A DNA stretch of 64,000 bases, from assembly GCA_964652895.1 (NCBI GenBank), contig CAZZCH010000001.1, forward strand, positions 4,814 to 68,813. Direction: 5' to 3'. Positions 55,208 through 64,000 of this stretch are shown here, piece after piece; the first letter of the stretch is position 1, and the number at the start of each line of letters is the position of its first letter. The translations under genes were made by a program, and so were the position numbers. The DNA is from an uncultured Eubacteriales bacterium (GTDB lineage: Bacteria; Acidobacteriota; Aminicenantia; Aminicenantales; Saccharicenantaceae). The notes below the pieces were generated by a model. It was not told where the DNA came from. It ran no database searches and saw only the letters and a list, made by a program, of their open reading frames with translations.

Positions 55208-56272
55208 TCAGAGCCACTTTTTCCTGCGGAAATAGGAAACCATCACCCCGACGACCGCGAGGATGAGCACCCAGACCAAGGCATAGCCCCAGCGCCACTT
55301 GATCTCCGGCATGAACTGGAAATTCATGCCGTAGACGCCGACGAGGAACGTGATCGGAATGAAGATCGTGGCGATGATGGTCAGGACCTTCATGACCTCG
55401 TTCATCCTGTTCGAGACGCTCGAGAGGTAGGTCTCGAGCATGCTGGTCAGGATCTCCCGGGAGGACTCGACCGTGTCGATGACCTGAATGGCGTGGTCGT
55501 AGACGTCGCGGAGAAAGATGCCGGTCGTCTTTTTGACGAGCGGCGATTCCAGGCGTTCGAACCCGCTGACGACCTCGCGCAGGGGCCAGACGGCCTTGCG
55601 CAGGTCGATCATCTCCCGTTTCATGCTGTGGATCTCGTGGAGGAGCTCCCGGCGGGGCTCGGCGATCAGGCGTTCCTCGAGGTCGTCGATCCTTTCCCCG
55701 AGCCCCTCCAGCACAAGGAAGTAGTTGTCGACGACCGCGTCGATCAGGGCGTAGGCCAGATAGTCCGGGCCGAGCTTGCGGATGCGGCCCTTGCCGCCGC
55801 GGATGCGCTGGCGCACCGGGTCGAGGCAGTCGCCGGGTGTCTCCTGGAACGAGAGGACGTAGTTGGGGCCCAGGATGAGACTGAGCTGGTCGGTCGTCAG
55901 GCCCAGCCCTTGGCCTCCGTCCTCGATCATCCGCAGAACGATGAAGACCGCACCCCCCAGGTCCTCGATCTTCGGGCGCTGGGTCGTCGTCATGATGTCC
56001 TCGAGGACGAGGGGGTGGATGTCGAACTGCCCGCCGAGCTTTTCGATGACCGAGGCGTCATGGACGCCGTCGACGTTGATCCAGGTGACGCTGGGCGTCT
56101 CCTTGAACGGGAAGCATTCTTCGACCGTGCCGACCTCTTTTTCGACGAACCCGGCCGGGTCGTAATCGATGACCGTGATACGCGTCTTCTCGGTCTTTTT
56201 CTCCCCGACATGCAGGAGCGTCCCCGGCGGAAGCCCCAGCTTGTCCGAACGCTTGGTCTCTTCGCTATCCAT
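55208..56272 (-). CDS. corA: magnesium/cobalt transporter CorA
   Basis: The YGMNFQFMPE signature (GMN motif) precedes the last TM helix. It has the typical CorA cytoplasmic domain. Confidence 0.85.
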   Translation of the reverse strand: MDSEETKRSDKLGLPPGTLLHVGEKKTEKTRITVIDYDPAGFVEKEVGTVEECFPFKETPSVTWINVDGVHDASVIEKLGGQFDIHPLVLEDIMTTTQRPKIEDLGGAVFIVLRMIEDGGQGLGLTTDQLSLILGPNYVLSFQETPGDCLDPVRQRIRGGKGRIRKLGPDYLAYALIDAVVDNYFLVLEGLGERIDDLEERLIAEPRRELLHEIHSMKREMIDLRKAVWPLREVVSGFERLESPLVKKTTGIFLRDVYDHAIQVIDTVESSREILTSMLETYLSSVSNRMNEVMKVLTIIATIFIPITFLVGVYGMNFQFMPEIKWRWGYALVWVLILAVVGVMVSYFRRKKWL

Positions 56273-56451
56273 GCGGGCCTCCTCCCTCGAGTTTTCCCCA
56301 GGATAGCCGGTTTCGAAGAGAATTGCCAGCGGCGGGCGCGAAGGTCAGCGAGGAGCCAGGGATCCGATTTTCCGGACGTAGGCGTCGGCGTCGAACTTGC
56401 GGCGGATGCCGGGACGGAACGGGCCGTTACGAATGTTCTTCGAAAGAACCT

Positions 56452-57147
56452 TTATTTGAGCCTCGAAGCAACGGCGGCCCAATCGATGTTCTTGAAGAAG
56501 GCCTCGATGTAATCGGCCTTCTTCAGTCCGTAGTCGAGCATGAAGGCGTGCTCGAAGACGTCCATGATAAGCAGCGGCTGGCATCCGGCCGGGTGGCCGA
56601 CGTCGTGCTCGTTGACCCAGAAGTTGATCAGCCGGCCGTTAGTCAAGTCCTCATAGAGGACGACCCAGCCGATGCCCCGCATGGCGCCCGTCGCCCGGAA
56701 ATCCTTCTCCCAGGACTCGATGTCGTCGAACTGCCCGACGATCTTCCGGCCAAGCTTGCCGGCCGGGTCGAGCGCGACCTTCCCGCCCAGGTTCTCGAAG
56801 TAGTACTCGTGCAGCCTCATCCCGTTGAATTCCCAGCCGAGGCGGCGCTTGAGCTCGGCGTACTCAGGGGTCGCCGTCTTGCCGTCCGCGGCCATGAGGC
56901 CCAGGATGTCGAGGACCTTGTTCGTGTTGGTGACGTAGCCCTGGTACAGCGAGAAATGGTTCTTGAGGAGCGTCTCGCTGAACCCGGGCATACCGATGAG
57001 CTTGGAAAAGTCCTTGGCGGTGTAATTCATGGTTTTTCCCTCCTGTGTCAGGATGGACTCCCGAGCTCCCGCAGGCAGGGTTCGTGACGCCGCCCAGGCG
57101 GCCCCTCCGAAACCCGCGATCTTCAGGAAATCCCTGCGCCGAAACAC
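56452..57147 (-). CDS. Fe/Mn-family superoxide dismutase-like protein with a twin-arginine signal peptide
   Basis: DVFEHAFMLDY and FWVNEHD C-terminal SOD motifs. I place the start at the GTG at 57147 (AAGAGGA SD), which gives the signal (M)FRRRDFLKIAGFGGAAWAASR. The N-terminal His motif is degenerate (KNHFSLYQGYV instead of HHSKHHQTYV). Confidence 0.7.
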   Translation of the reverse strand: MFRRRDFLKIAGFGGAAWAASRTLPAGARESILTQEGKTMNYTAKDFSKLIGMPGFSETLLKNHFSLYQGYVTNTNKVLDILGLMAADGKTATPEYAELKRRLGWEFNGMRLHEYYFENLGGKVALDPAGKLGRKIVGQFDDIESWEKDFRATGAMRGIGWVVLYEDLTNGRLINFWVNEHDVGHPAGCQPLLIMDVFEHAFMLDYGLKKADYIEAFFKNIDWAAVASRLK

Positions 57148-57257
57148 GGTTCCTATCCTCTTTCCATTAAATCCTACCAAAAAAGTAGGTTTAATGCAAG
57201 TCCCCTTTGCGACATGCTGCCCGGGCAGTGATGGGGATTATGCATATCCCCCGCTGT

Positions 57258-58310
57258 TCACTTCGAGGCGGGCTTTTCGCCGCCCGTTTTATCCTCGACC
57301 ATGCCGACCTTGACCCGGATCTCCGCGTCGAGCTGGGCGGCCAGCTCCTTGTTCTCCCTGAGCAGCTTCTTGACGTTTTCCCGGCCCTGTCCAAGACGCT
57401 CGCCCCTGTAGGAGTACCAGGTGCCGGCTTTGTCGAGGATCCCGGTCTCGAACCCGAGGTCCACAAGATCGCCCTCCCGGGAAATGCCCTCCCCGAAGAT
57501 GATGTCGAACTGGGCCTCGCGGAAGGGCGGGGCCATCTTGTTCTTGACGATCTTGACCTTGGCCCGATTGCCGACGACAGTATCGCCATCCTTGATCACG
57601 GCCAGCCGGCGGACGTCGACCCGCAAGGACGCGTAGAATTTCAAGGCCCGGCCGCCGCTCGTCGTCTCGGGATTGCCGATGAATATGCCGATCTTCTCCC
57701 GGAGCTGGTTGATGAAGATGAAACAGGTCTTCGACCGGGCGACGATGGCCGTCAGCTTGCGCAAGGCCTGGGACATCAGCCTCGCCTGGAGCCCCATGTG
57801 CGAATCGCCCATCTCGCCTTCGAGTTCGGCTTTGGGGACGAGGGCGGCCACGGAGTCGACGACGATGACGTCGACCGCGCCGCTGCGGACGAGGACCTCG
57901 GCGATCTCCAGGGCCTGTTCCCCGAAATCGGGCTGCGAGATGAGCAGGTTGTCGATGTCGATCCCGATGCGGGCGGCGTAGGCCGGGGAGAGGGCGTGCT
58001 CGGCGTCGATGAACGCCGCCTGGCCGCCGCGCTTCTGGGCCTCGGCGATGACGTGCAGGGCCAGGGTGGTCTTGCCCGTGGCTTCCGGGCCGTAGATCTC
58101 GACGACCCGCCCGCGCGGGAATCCGCCGATGCCCAGGGCCAGATCGAAGGAGATCGAGCCGGTGGGGATGGCTTCGACGGCCACCGCTGCGCCCTTCTGC
58201 CCGAGCTTCATGATCGCACCCTTGCCGAACTGCTTCTCGATCTGGGAGAGCGCGGCGTCGATGGCCTTTTGGCGGGATGTCTGTTTTTCGTCCGTATCGG
58301 CTTCTTTCAT
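57258..58310 (-). CDS. recA: recombinase RecA
   Basis: Walker [13 protein letters not shown]. The N-terminus [37 protein letters not shown] is RecA-like. The ATG at 58310 is preceded by a GGAAGGAGG SD. The track ORF is extended 51 codons. Confidence 0.9.
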   Translation of the reverse strand: MKEADTDEKQTSRQKAIDAALSQIEKQFGKGAIMKLGQKGAAVAVEAIPTGSISFDLALGIGGFPRGRVVEIYGPEATGKTTLALHVIAEAQKRGGQAAFIDAEHALSPAYAARIGIDIDNLLISQPDFGEQALEIAEVLVRSGAVDVIVVDSVAALVPKAELEGEMGDSHMGLQARLMSQALRKLTAIVARSKTCFIFINQLREKIGIFIGNPETTSGGRALKFYASLRVDVRRLAVIKDGDTVVGNRAKVKIVKNKMAPPFREAQFDIIFGEGISREGDLVDLGFETGILDKAGTWYSYRGERLGQGRENVKKLLRENKELAAQLDAEIRVKVGMVEDKTGGEKPASK

Positions 58311-58459
58311 GGGGCCTCCTTCCCGAGTCGTGTCCTTTTTTGGCATGTCCACTCGCTCCTTCTCAATTTCCTTCCTGTCCCCAAGCACCCTCCCCCTCCC
58401 GAGTTTACCCGGATTGCCCCGATCTTTCAATCCCTTTTCGGCCGCCCGCCGGTCCGCCT

Positions 58460-59200
58460 TCATCTCGGGAAACCGTTGAACATCCGGTCGTAGTCATCGA
58501 TCAGTCCCTGGTCGGCGAAGCTGAAGTAGCGGTTGTGCCCGATGATGATATGGTCGAGGACCTTGATCTGGACGACCCGGGCGGCGAAGATCAGGTCCCG
58601 GGTGACCTCCCGATCGCAGAGCGACGGCTCGGGATCGCCGGACGGGTGGTTATGGGCGAAGATCAGCGCCGACGCCTCGTAGCGGAGAGCGTCCTTGATG
58701 ACCTCGCGGGGATAGACGGCGCTCGAGTCGACCGTCCCCTCGAACAGGGTCTTCTCCTCGACGACCTGATTCTTCGGATCGAGGAAAATGACCTTGAACC
58801 GCTCCTTCTTCAGGTCGCGCAGGGCGTGGCAGAGATAGTCGTAGACCTCCCGGGAGGAATGGCAGACCGGCCGGCTCATCATCTTGTCCTTGAGGAAGCG
58901 GCGGGAGACCTCGTGGACCAGCTTGAGGCCGAAGATGTTCCGGGAGCCGATCCCCGGGATCCTCCGCAGGTCCTCCGGGCAGGCCTCGAGGACGCCGCCG
59001 AAAGTCTTGAATTCCCTCAGGGCCTCGCGGGCCGGCGCCTTGCAGTCGCGCCGGGGCGTGCCCAGGGTCAGGAGCAGCTCGACGATCTCGTAGTCCAGGA
59101 AGGCCGAGAGACCCCCGTTGAGGAACTTCTGGCGCAGGCGATCCCGGTGCCCCGCCCCTTCGGGAGTCCCTTTTTCCAGCCCTTTCGGATTTTCATCCAT
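58460..59200 (-). CDS. radC: DNA repair protein RadC (JAB/MPN domain)
   Basis: [15 protein letters not shown]-like motif and an N-terminal helix-hairpin-helix region. Confidence 0.8.
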   Translation of the reverse strand: MDENPKGLEKGTPEGAGHRDRLRQKFLNGGLSAFLDYEIVELLLTLGTPRRDCKAPAREALREFKTFGGVLEACPEDLRRIPGIGSRNIFGLKLVHEVSRRFLKDKMMSRPVCHSSREVYDYLCHALRDLKKERFKVIFLDPKNQVVEEKTLFEGTVDSSAVYPREVIKDALRYEASALIFAHNHPSGDPEPSLCDREVTRDLIFAARVVQIKVLDHIIIGHNRYFSFADQGLIDDYDRMFNGFPR

Positions 59201-59274
59201 GGCGTCTGTTAATAATGACGCCGCGGCGGCCGTTTTTTCGCAAACGTAAACAGAAATTGTTGGTACTTCTCCCG

Positions 59275-61050
59275 CTAATCTTTGTAGAGGAGGTCGATCA
59301 GGGCCTTGAAGGTCTTTTCGACGATGTGGCGCTTGACCTTGAGGGACGGCGTCAATTCCGCGTCGACGGCGAAATCGCGGTCGAGAAGGACGACCTTCTT
59401 GATCCGCTCGTAGGACGCCAGGTGGGGGGTCGTCCGGTTGACTTCGGCCAGCATGAAATTGACGATCTCCTCCCGCTCGACGAGGTCCTTGCGGCTCGCG
59501 AAGGGGATGCCGTTCGTCCGGGCGTAGGCCTCGAGCCTCTCGAAATCCGGGACGATGAGGGCCGAAATGAACTTCCGTCCGGCGCCGACGACGACGGCGC
59601 TTTGGATGAGGGGGTTTGTCTTAAGCAAGTTTTCGATGGGCTGGGGGGCGACGTTCTTCCCCCCGGCCGTCACGATGAGGTCCTTTTTGCGGTCGGTTAT
59701 GACGAGGAAGCCCTCCTCGTCGATATGGCCGATGTCGCCGGTGTGGAACCAGCCGCCCTCGAAAGCCTCGCGCGTCTCCTGGTCCTTCTTGTAATATCCT
59801 TTCATCACGTTGGGCCCCTTGGCGAGGATCTCGCCGTCCGACGCGATCTTGAGCTCGACGCCGGGGACGGGGGCCCCGACGGACCCGAATTTCATCTTGT
59901 CGAACGTGTTGCAGGTCAGGACCGGCGATGTCTCGGTCAGTCCGTAGCCCTCGAGGATGGTGATGCCGACGGCGTAAAAGAACTCGGCCACGTCGCTCGA
60001 CAGGGGAGCTCCGCCCGAGACGAAAAAGTGGACCCGTCCGCCCGTTTTTTCGACGATCTTGGAGAAGACGAGCTTGGCGGCCAGGTTGCGCCGGACACCA
60101 AGCCCCCAGGGAATGGACTGGTGGCGGATCTTCCGGGCACCGTATTTCTTGCCGACCTTCAAGGCCCAGAAAAAGATCTTTCTTTTGAGCGGCGACTGGG
60201 TCAGGACGTTGTCCATGACCTTGGCGTAGATCTTGTCGAAGAGCCGGGGGACGCTGACCATGATCGTCGGCCGGACTTCGAGGAGGTTCTCGGCCACGGT
60301 CTCGATGCTCTCCGCGTAGGCGATCGTGGCGCCCTTGTAGAGGAAGGAGAAGGTCGTCATCCTTTCCAGGACGTGGGAGAGCGGAAGGAAGGAGAGGATC
60401 GTGTCCTTATCCGTGAACTCGGTGACGGCGTCGAGCGCCTTGGAATTGGAGACGAAGTTGCCGTGGCTGAGCATGACGCCCTTGGGGACGCCCGTCGTCC
60501 CCGAGGTGTAGATGATCGAGGCCAAGTCGTCGGGCGTGATGGCCAGGGCTCGTCTTTCGAACAGCCCGGGGTCCGCGGCCGCGACCGAGGTCCCCCGGCC
60601 CATGACCTCAGAGAGGCTGAGCGTTCCTTTCGGCCCCTGTTCGTCGATGAGCACGAAGTGACGGACCGAAGGCAAGTCGGGCTTGACCGCTTCGACCTTC
60701 AGCCACAGATCCCGGTTCGAACAGACAACGATCTTGGCGTCCGAATCGTTGATGATGTACTTGATCTGTTCGGGCATGAGCGAGGTGTAGATGGGGACGG
60801 TGACCGCCCCGGCGCAGAGCACGGCGAAGTCCGTCATCGTCCACTCCGGCCTGTTCTCGGAGAGGATGACCAGCTTGTCCCCCGGCCCGAGACCCAGATC
60901 GGCCAGGCCGAGAGAGAGATGTTTCACCCTCCGGGCGACTTCGTCCGTCGAAAGCGGGACGTAACGGCCTTCGACCTTGGCCGTAAGCAGGCTGTCCTTG
61001 ATGTAGGTCTTCGCCGTGTTGAGAAAAAGCTGGCTGAGTGTTTCGACCAT
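59275..61050 (-). CDS. long-chain fatty acid--CoA ligase (FadD-like AMP-binding enzyme)
   Basis: YTSGTTGVPKGVMLSHGN, GYGLTETS, WFHTGDIG and GGKNVAPQPIE motifs. Confidence 0.85.
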   Translation of the reverse strand: MVETLSQLFLNTAKTYIKDSLLTAKVEGRYVPLSTDEVARRVKHLSLGLADLGLGPGDKLVILSENRPEWTMTDFAVLCAGAVTVPIYTSLMPEQIKYIINDSDAKIVVCSNRDLWLKVEAVKPDLPSVRHFVLIDEQGPKGTLSLSEVMGRGTSVAAADPGLFERRALAITPDDLASIIYTSGTTGVPKGVMLSHGNFVSNSKALDAVTEFTDKDTILSFLPLSHVLERMTTFSFLYKGATIAYAESIETVAENLLEVRPTIMVSVPRLFDKIYAKVMDNVLTQSPLKRKIFFWALKVGKKYGARKIRHQSIPWGLGVRRNLAAKLVFSKIVEKTGGRVHFFVSGGAPLSSDVAEFFYAVGITILEGYGLTETSPVLTCNTFDKMKFGSVGAPVPGVELKIASDGEILAKGPNVMKGYYKKDQETREAFEGGWFHTGDIGHIDEEGFLVITDRKKDLIVTAGGKNVAPQPIENLLKTNPLIQSAVVVGAGRKFISALIVPDFERLEAYARTNGIPFASRKDLVEREEIVNFMLAEVNRTTPHLASYERIKKVVLLDRDFAVDAELTPSLKVKRHIVEKTFKALIDLLYKD

Positions 61051-61107
61051 GCCGCGCTTCCTCCAGATTCGAAATGCCCTATTCTATCCTGTTCCCCGGC
61101 CGGGTTG

Positions 61108-61608
61108 TCAGCACGAAGACAGGTCGTTCCCCTCGTGGCGGAGGAGCCACTCTTTCCGCCATAGGCCGCCGCCGTAGCCCGTCAGCCGGCCGTCGCTCCC
61201 GACGACGCGATGGCAGGGAACGATGATCGAAACGGGGTTGCTGTGATTGGCCCCACCGACGGCCCTTGTGCCCGCAGGATTGCCGACGTTCCTGGCAATG
61301 TCCTTGTAGGACACCATCTTTCCGAAACGGACGTCCCGGAGGGCCCGCCAGACCTTCTTCCGGAAGGCCGTGCCGCCGAGGTCGAGCTTGACGGAAAACG
61401 TCCGGCGACGGCCCCGGAAATACTCGTCGAGCTGGGTCAGGCAATCGGCGAGCGGGGCCGGGAGCGGCCCCTTTCCGCCGCGGGCCGACCGCGGCGCACG
61501 GGGCGCGGGTGCGTCGACGAAAGTGACGCCGGAAACTCCCCTGTCGCCACCCCTGACCTCCAGAAGCCCGATCGGGGATTCGTAGTAGGTCACGCGTGAT
61601 TCGGACAT
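61108..61608 (-). CDS. ogt: methylated-DNA--protein-cysteine methyltransferase
   Basis: IVPCHRVV active-site motif and HTH region VSYKDIARNVG. The ATG at 61608 is preceded by a GGAGG SD. Confidence 0.8.
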   Translation of the reverse strand: MSESRVTYYESPIGLLEVRGGDRGVSGVTFVDAPAPRAPRSARGGKGPLPAPLADCLTQLDEYFRGRRRTFSVKLDLGGTAFRKKVWRALRDVRFGKMVSYKDIARNVGNPAGTRAVGGANHSNPVSIIVPCHRVVGSDGRLTGYGGGLWRKEWLLRHEGNDLSSC

Positions 61609-61787
61609 CGAGACCTCCAACCGGCCACATTAATACATTCCGGCGCATCCTTCAACCTCCGTCATAAGGTTCCTGAAGGAGTTGGCGGCGGAAGTGGACT
61701 CCCGGTCCTGCAAGACCGGGGCCCCGGCCGTCGTTGACGGAGCGCCCGCCGTATGCTAAAAACTGGGCTGATAAGAGAGGTGGCACC

Positions 61788-62612
61788 ATGAACGGAAACA
61801 TCCCGACGCTCAGCGTGTCCGGCAAGAATCTCCCCGAGGCCTGGGAGAAAGCCGTCCTGGCCTGCTGGCGGAACGGTGTGGCCATCAAGACTGAATACGA
61901 CAAGCCGGGCGACCCGCCGAGCCGGGACTGCACGATGCTTTGGACCGTCGAGGACCCGTTCGCCGAACCGCGCATCCACCGGGCCTTCCCGGGCGGTCTC
62001 GAAGACCTCGAGGTCTACCGCCAAGAGGTCGTCGACGGCGTCCATGACCATTGGATCTGCCCCGAGGAAGGGAAATGGACCTACACCTACCACAAAAGAT
62101 TGTTCGCCTACGAGATCGAGGGCGAGGCCATCGACCAAATAAGCGCCCTCGTCGATAAGCTCGCCCAGGTGGGCCACACCCGCCGGGCCCAGGCTATCAC
62201 CTGGAATCCCAAGCTCGACCCGCCGACCTACGACCCACCCTGCCTCCAGCGGCTCTGGTGCCGGCTCCTCGAAGACGAGAAGGGGGAGCTCGTCCTGAAC
62301 ATGAACGCCCACTGGCGCTCGCGCGACGCCTACAAGGCCGCTTACATGAACGTCTTCGCCCTGACCGATCTCCAGAGGGTGATCGCCGGCCGGGTGGCGG
62401 AGAAGTCCGGGAGGGCCGTGCGACCCGGCCGCTACGCCGACCTCGTCGACAGCTTCCACATCTACGGCTCGTATTTCAACGAATTCGAGGGATTCCTGAA
62501 AATGGTCGAGAAGCGGTCGTTCGAGGACCGCACCTGGCCGAGCCCCTACGCCGAGCCGATGTTCGAAGAGGCCCGCGAGCGCCTACGCTTGGAAAAAAGG
62601 GAGGGGAAATAG
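61788..62612 (+). CDS. divergent thymidylate synthase-superfamily protein
   Basis: Alignable to ThyA through ITWNP...PPCLQRLWCRL (the catalytic Cys is kept, with His to Leu next to it), NMNAHWRSRDAY (the Arg-Ser-x-Asp box is kept), YMNVFAL (the Asn is kept) and DSFHIY. AGGTGG SD before the ATG at 61788. Confidence 0.6.
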   Translation: MNGNIPTLSVSGKNLPEAWEKAVLACWRNGVAIKTEYDKPGDPPSRDCTMLWTVEDPFAEPRIHRAFPGGLEDLEVYRQEVVDGVHDHWICPEEGKWTYTYHKRLFAYEIEGEAIDQISALVDKLAQVGHTRRAQAITWNPKLDPPTYDPPCLQRLWCRLLEDEKGELVLNMNAHWRSRDAYKAAYMNVFALTDLQRVIAGRVAEKSGRAVRPGRYADLVDSFHIYGSYFNEFEGFLKMVEKRSFEDRTWPSPYAEPMFEEARERLRLEKREGK

Positions 62613-62615
62613 GCC

Positions 62616-63260
62616 GTGGCCGTTCCGACTCCCATCGTCATCCTCTCGGCCTGCGTTCTCTTATCGGCCGTCCTCACCATCTGGTCCGACGCCAAAGGGC
62701 GCGGGGGGTGGTTTTACGTGATGAAACCCGTGACGATGGTCCTGGTCATAACGGTGGCTCTCATCGCCGCGACCCCCGTGCCGGCGGCCTACAAGTCGCT
62801 CGTCCTGGCCGGCCTTCTGTGCTCGCTCCTCGGGGACATCGCCCTGATGTTCTCCGAGAAATGGTTCACGGCCGGACTCGTCTCGTTTCTCGCCGCTCAT
62901 GTCTTCTATATCCTGGCCTTCAAGCCCGGCCCGGAGCGCCCGATTCCCGCGGGCCTGTTTTTCCCCTTCATCATCTTCGGCCTTCTGATGTTCCGGATTC
63001 TGGCGCCGAAGCTCGGCCCGATGAAATTTCCCGTGCTCGTTTATATCGCGGCCATCGCGGTCATGGCCGCATTCGCGGCGGGCCGGTTCGTCGATGGGGG
63101 CGGTACACGCCCGCTGCTGGCGTTTGCCGGGGCGATTCTCTTCTTGATCTCCGATTCCGTCCTGGCCTATGACCGCTTCGCCAAGAAGCTCGGCCCCGCC
63201 CAGGTCATCATCCTCGGGACCTATTTTCCGGCCCAGCTTCTGATCGCCCTTTCCATCTGA
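62616..63260 (+). CDS. YhhN-family membrane protein (lysoplasmalogenase-like)
   Basis: Seven or eight TM helices with a conserved LLGD...HxxY pattern (LLGDIALMF...AHVFYILAF). GTG start 3 nt after the stop of the previous gene. Confidence 0.65.
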   Translation: MAVPTPIVILSACVLLSAVLTIWSDAKGRGGWFYVMKPVTMVLVITVALIAATPVPAAYKSLVLAGLLCSLLGDIALMFSEKWFTAGLVSFLAAHVFYILAFKPGPERPIPAGLFFPFIIFGLLMFRILAPKLGPMKFPVLVYIAAIAVMAAFAAGRFVDGGGTRPLLAFAGAILFLISDSVLAYDRFAKKLGPAQVIILGTYFPAQLLIALSI

Positions 63261-63267
63261 ACCGGCT

Positions 63268-64000
63268 TTAAGCGGCCGGAACGACCTGGCCGTCTATCCC
63301 GACAACGATCTTCTTCATCTCGAGCGGCTCTCCCGCGAGCTCGATGGCCTGCCTGACGATGCGCTCAAGACCGGAACAGCAGGGCACGGTCATGATGGCC
63401 ACGGTCAGTGATCTGAGACCGTTTCTCCGGATGATCTCGGCCAGCTTCTCGACGTAACCTTTTGTCTCATCGAGCTTGGGGCAGGCGATGACGAGCTTTT
63501 TCCCTTTGAGCAGGCCGTCGTGGAACCCTCCGAGGGCAAAGGCCGTACAGTCGGCGGCGACGAGGAGGTCGCTGCCCTCGAAGTAGGGGGCGAGCGGCGA
63601 GATGAGGTGAAGCTGGATCGGCCACTGGGTGAGCCGGGACTTGGCGGACGCGCCGGGCCCGTCATCGCCATCGGGACCGCGGGGGATCGTCCGGGCCAGG
63701 CTCCCGGGACAGCCGGAAGGACCGGCATGCGCGTGCCCGCCGTTGATACCGTGAACGCGTGAGGCCGCGTCGGCCCCCCGCGTCTTGAGGACATGGCTGA
63801 AGGCGGCCCTGGCGTCGTACGTCTCGCCCTCGCGTTCGACGACCTTCAGGGCGCCCGTCGGGCAGACATCGAGGCAGGCCCCCAGCCCGTCGCAAAAGAT
63901 CTCCCGGGCGAGGACGGCTTTGTTCTCGGCGTCAAGAACCAGGGTGCCTTCGGCGCAGGCCGTCGTGCACAGACCGCAGCCATTGCATTTATCACGGTCG
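63268..64000 (-). CDS. 4Fe-4S dicluster domain protein (partial; 5' end beyond the window)
   Basis: I translated the minus strand myself. It reads DRDKCNGCGLCTTACAEGTLVLDAENKAVLAREIFCDGLGACLDVCPTGALKV, i.e. two CxxCxxCxxxCP ferredoxin motifs. A ~180-aa Cys-poor domain follows, ending ...KIVVGIDGQVVPAA. The stop is at 63268-63270. Confidence 0.55.
   Translation of the reverse strand, partial: DRDKCNGCGLCTTACAEGTLVLDAENKAVLAREIFCDGLGACLDVCPTGALKVVEREGETYDARAAFSHVLKTRGADAASRVHGINGGHAHAGPSGCPGSLARTIPRGPDGDDGPGASAKSRLTQWPIQLHLISPLAPYFEGSDLLVAADCTAFALGGFHDGLLKGKKLVIACPKLDETKGYVEKLAEIIRRNGLRSLTVAIMTVPCCSGLERIVRQAIELAGEPLEMKKIVVGIDGQVVPAA

Noticed and set aside
1-64000. Searched for CRISPR arrays, rRNA, tRNA, IS elements with transposase genes, and integrase genes.
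   Set aside because: I found no direct-repeat/spacer arrays, rRNA-like segments or cloverleaf-like tRNA candidates in the intergenic regions. No transposase or integrase ORFs were recognised. The only mobile-like signals are the R-M island composition and the 23-bp inverted-repeat element.

Overview
64 kb high-GC (about 65%) bacterial chromosomal segment that looks like an uncultured Gram-negative lineage (frequent sigma-54 promoter-like motifs, TonB/TAT/secreted hydrolases, HEAT+DUF1080 proteins). The lineage call is a guess. I support about 60 protein genes. I found no rRNA, tRNA or CRISPR.

Many long ORFs in the supplied track are antisense or N-terminally extended artefacts typical of GC-rich DNA. 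The caller also labels GTG/TTG starts as 'M'. I re-derived starts from Shine-Dalgarno (SD) context where possible.

Content in window order:
- A kamA (lysine 2,3-aminomutase) / GNAT / two Ddl-like ATP-grasp ligase operon next to an NhaD-like permease.
- A dispersed queuosine set (queC-queD-queE operon, and a lone queF). queF sits divergent from a small Cys-rich ORF that is translationally coupled to a non-SPASM radical-SAM enzyme.
- ilvE, tsaA and an aromatic amino-acid decarboxylase.
- An AT-rich intergenic island holding a possible small RNA, then a cobalamin riboswitch upstream of btuB.
- A GH35 beta-galactosidase, two tandem paralogous outer-membrane-like proteins, fhs and a DUF4097 repeat protein.
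- Two tandem M14 carboxypeptidases (the second with swapped zinc-ligand positions), a TAT-exported Gfo/Idh/MocA oxidoreductase, a 1131-aa HEAT + 2xDUF1080 protein and an alkaline phosphatase.
- A four-gene cassette: Kbl-like alpha-oxoamine synthase, dedicated ACP, acetyl-CoA-synthetase-like ligase and AcpS.
- An AbrB/PIN toxin-antitoxin pair.
- A lower-GC type I restriction-modification island (hsdR, PRiA4_ORF3, hsdS, RhuM-Fic fusion, hsdM).
- Housekeeping and repair genes (MFS, SDR, UbiA+CPBP pair, mntP, uvrA, corA, TAT-SOD, recA, radC, fadD, ogt).
- A divergent thymidylate-synthase-superfamily gene, yhhN and a partial 4Fe-4S protein at the right edge.

I think the most novel-looking loci are the beta-lysine/ATP-grasp operon, the Kbl-ACP-ACS-AcpS cassette, the Cys-rich peptide/radical-SAM pair, and the sigma-54 promoter-like motifs beside AT-rich islands.
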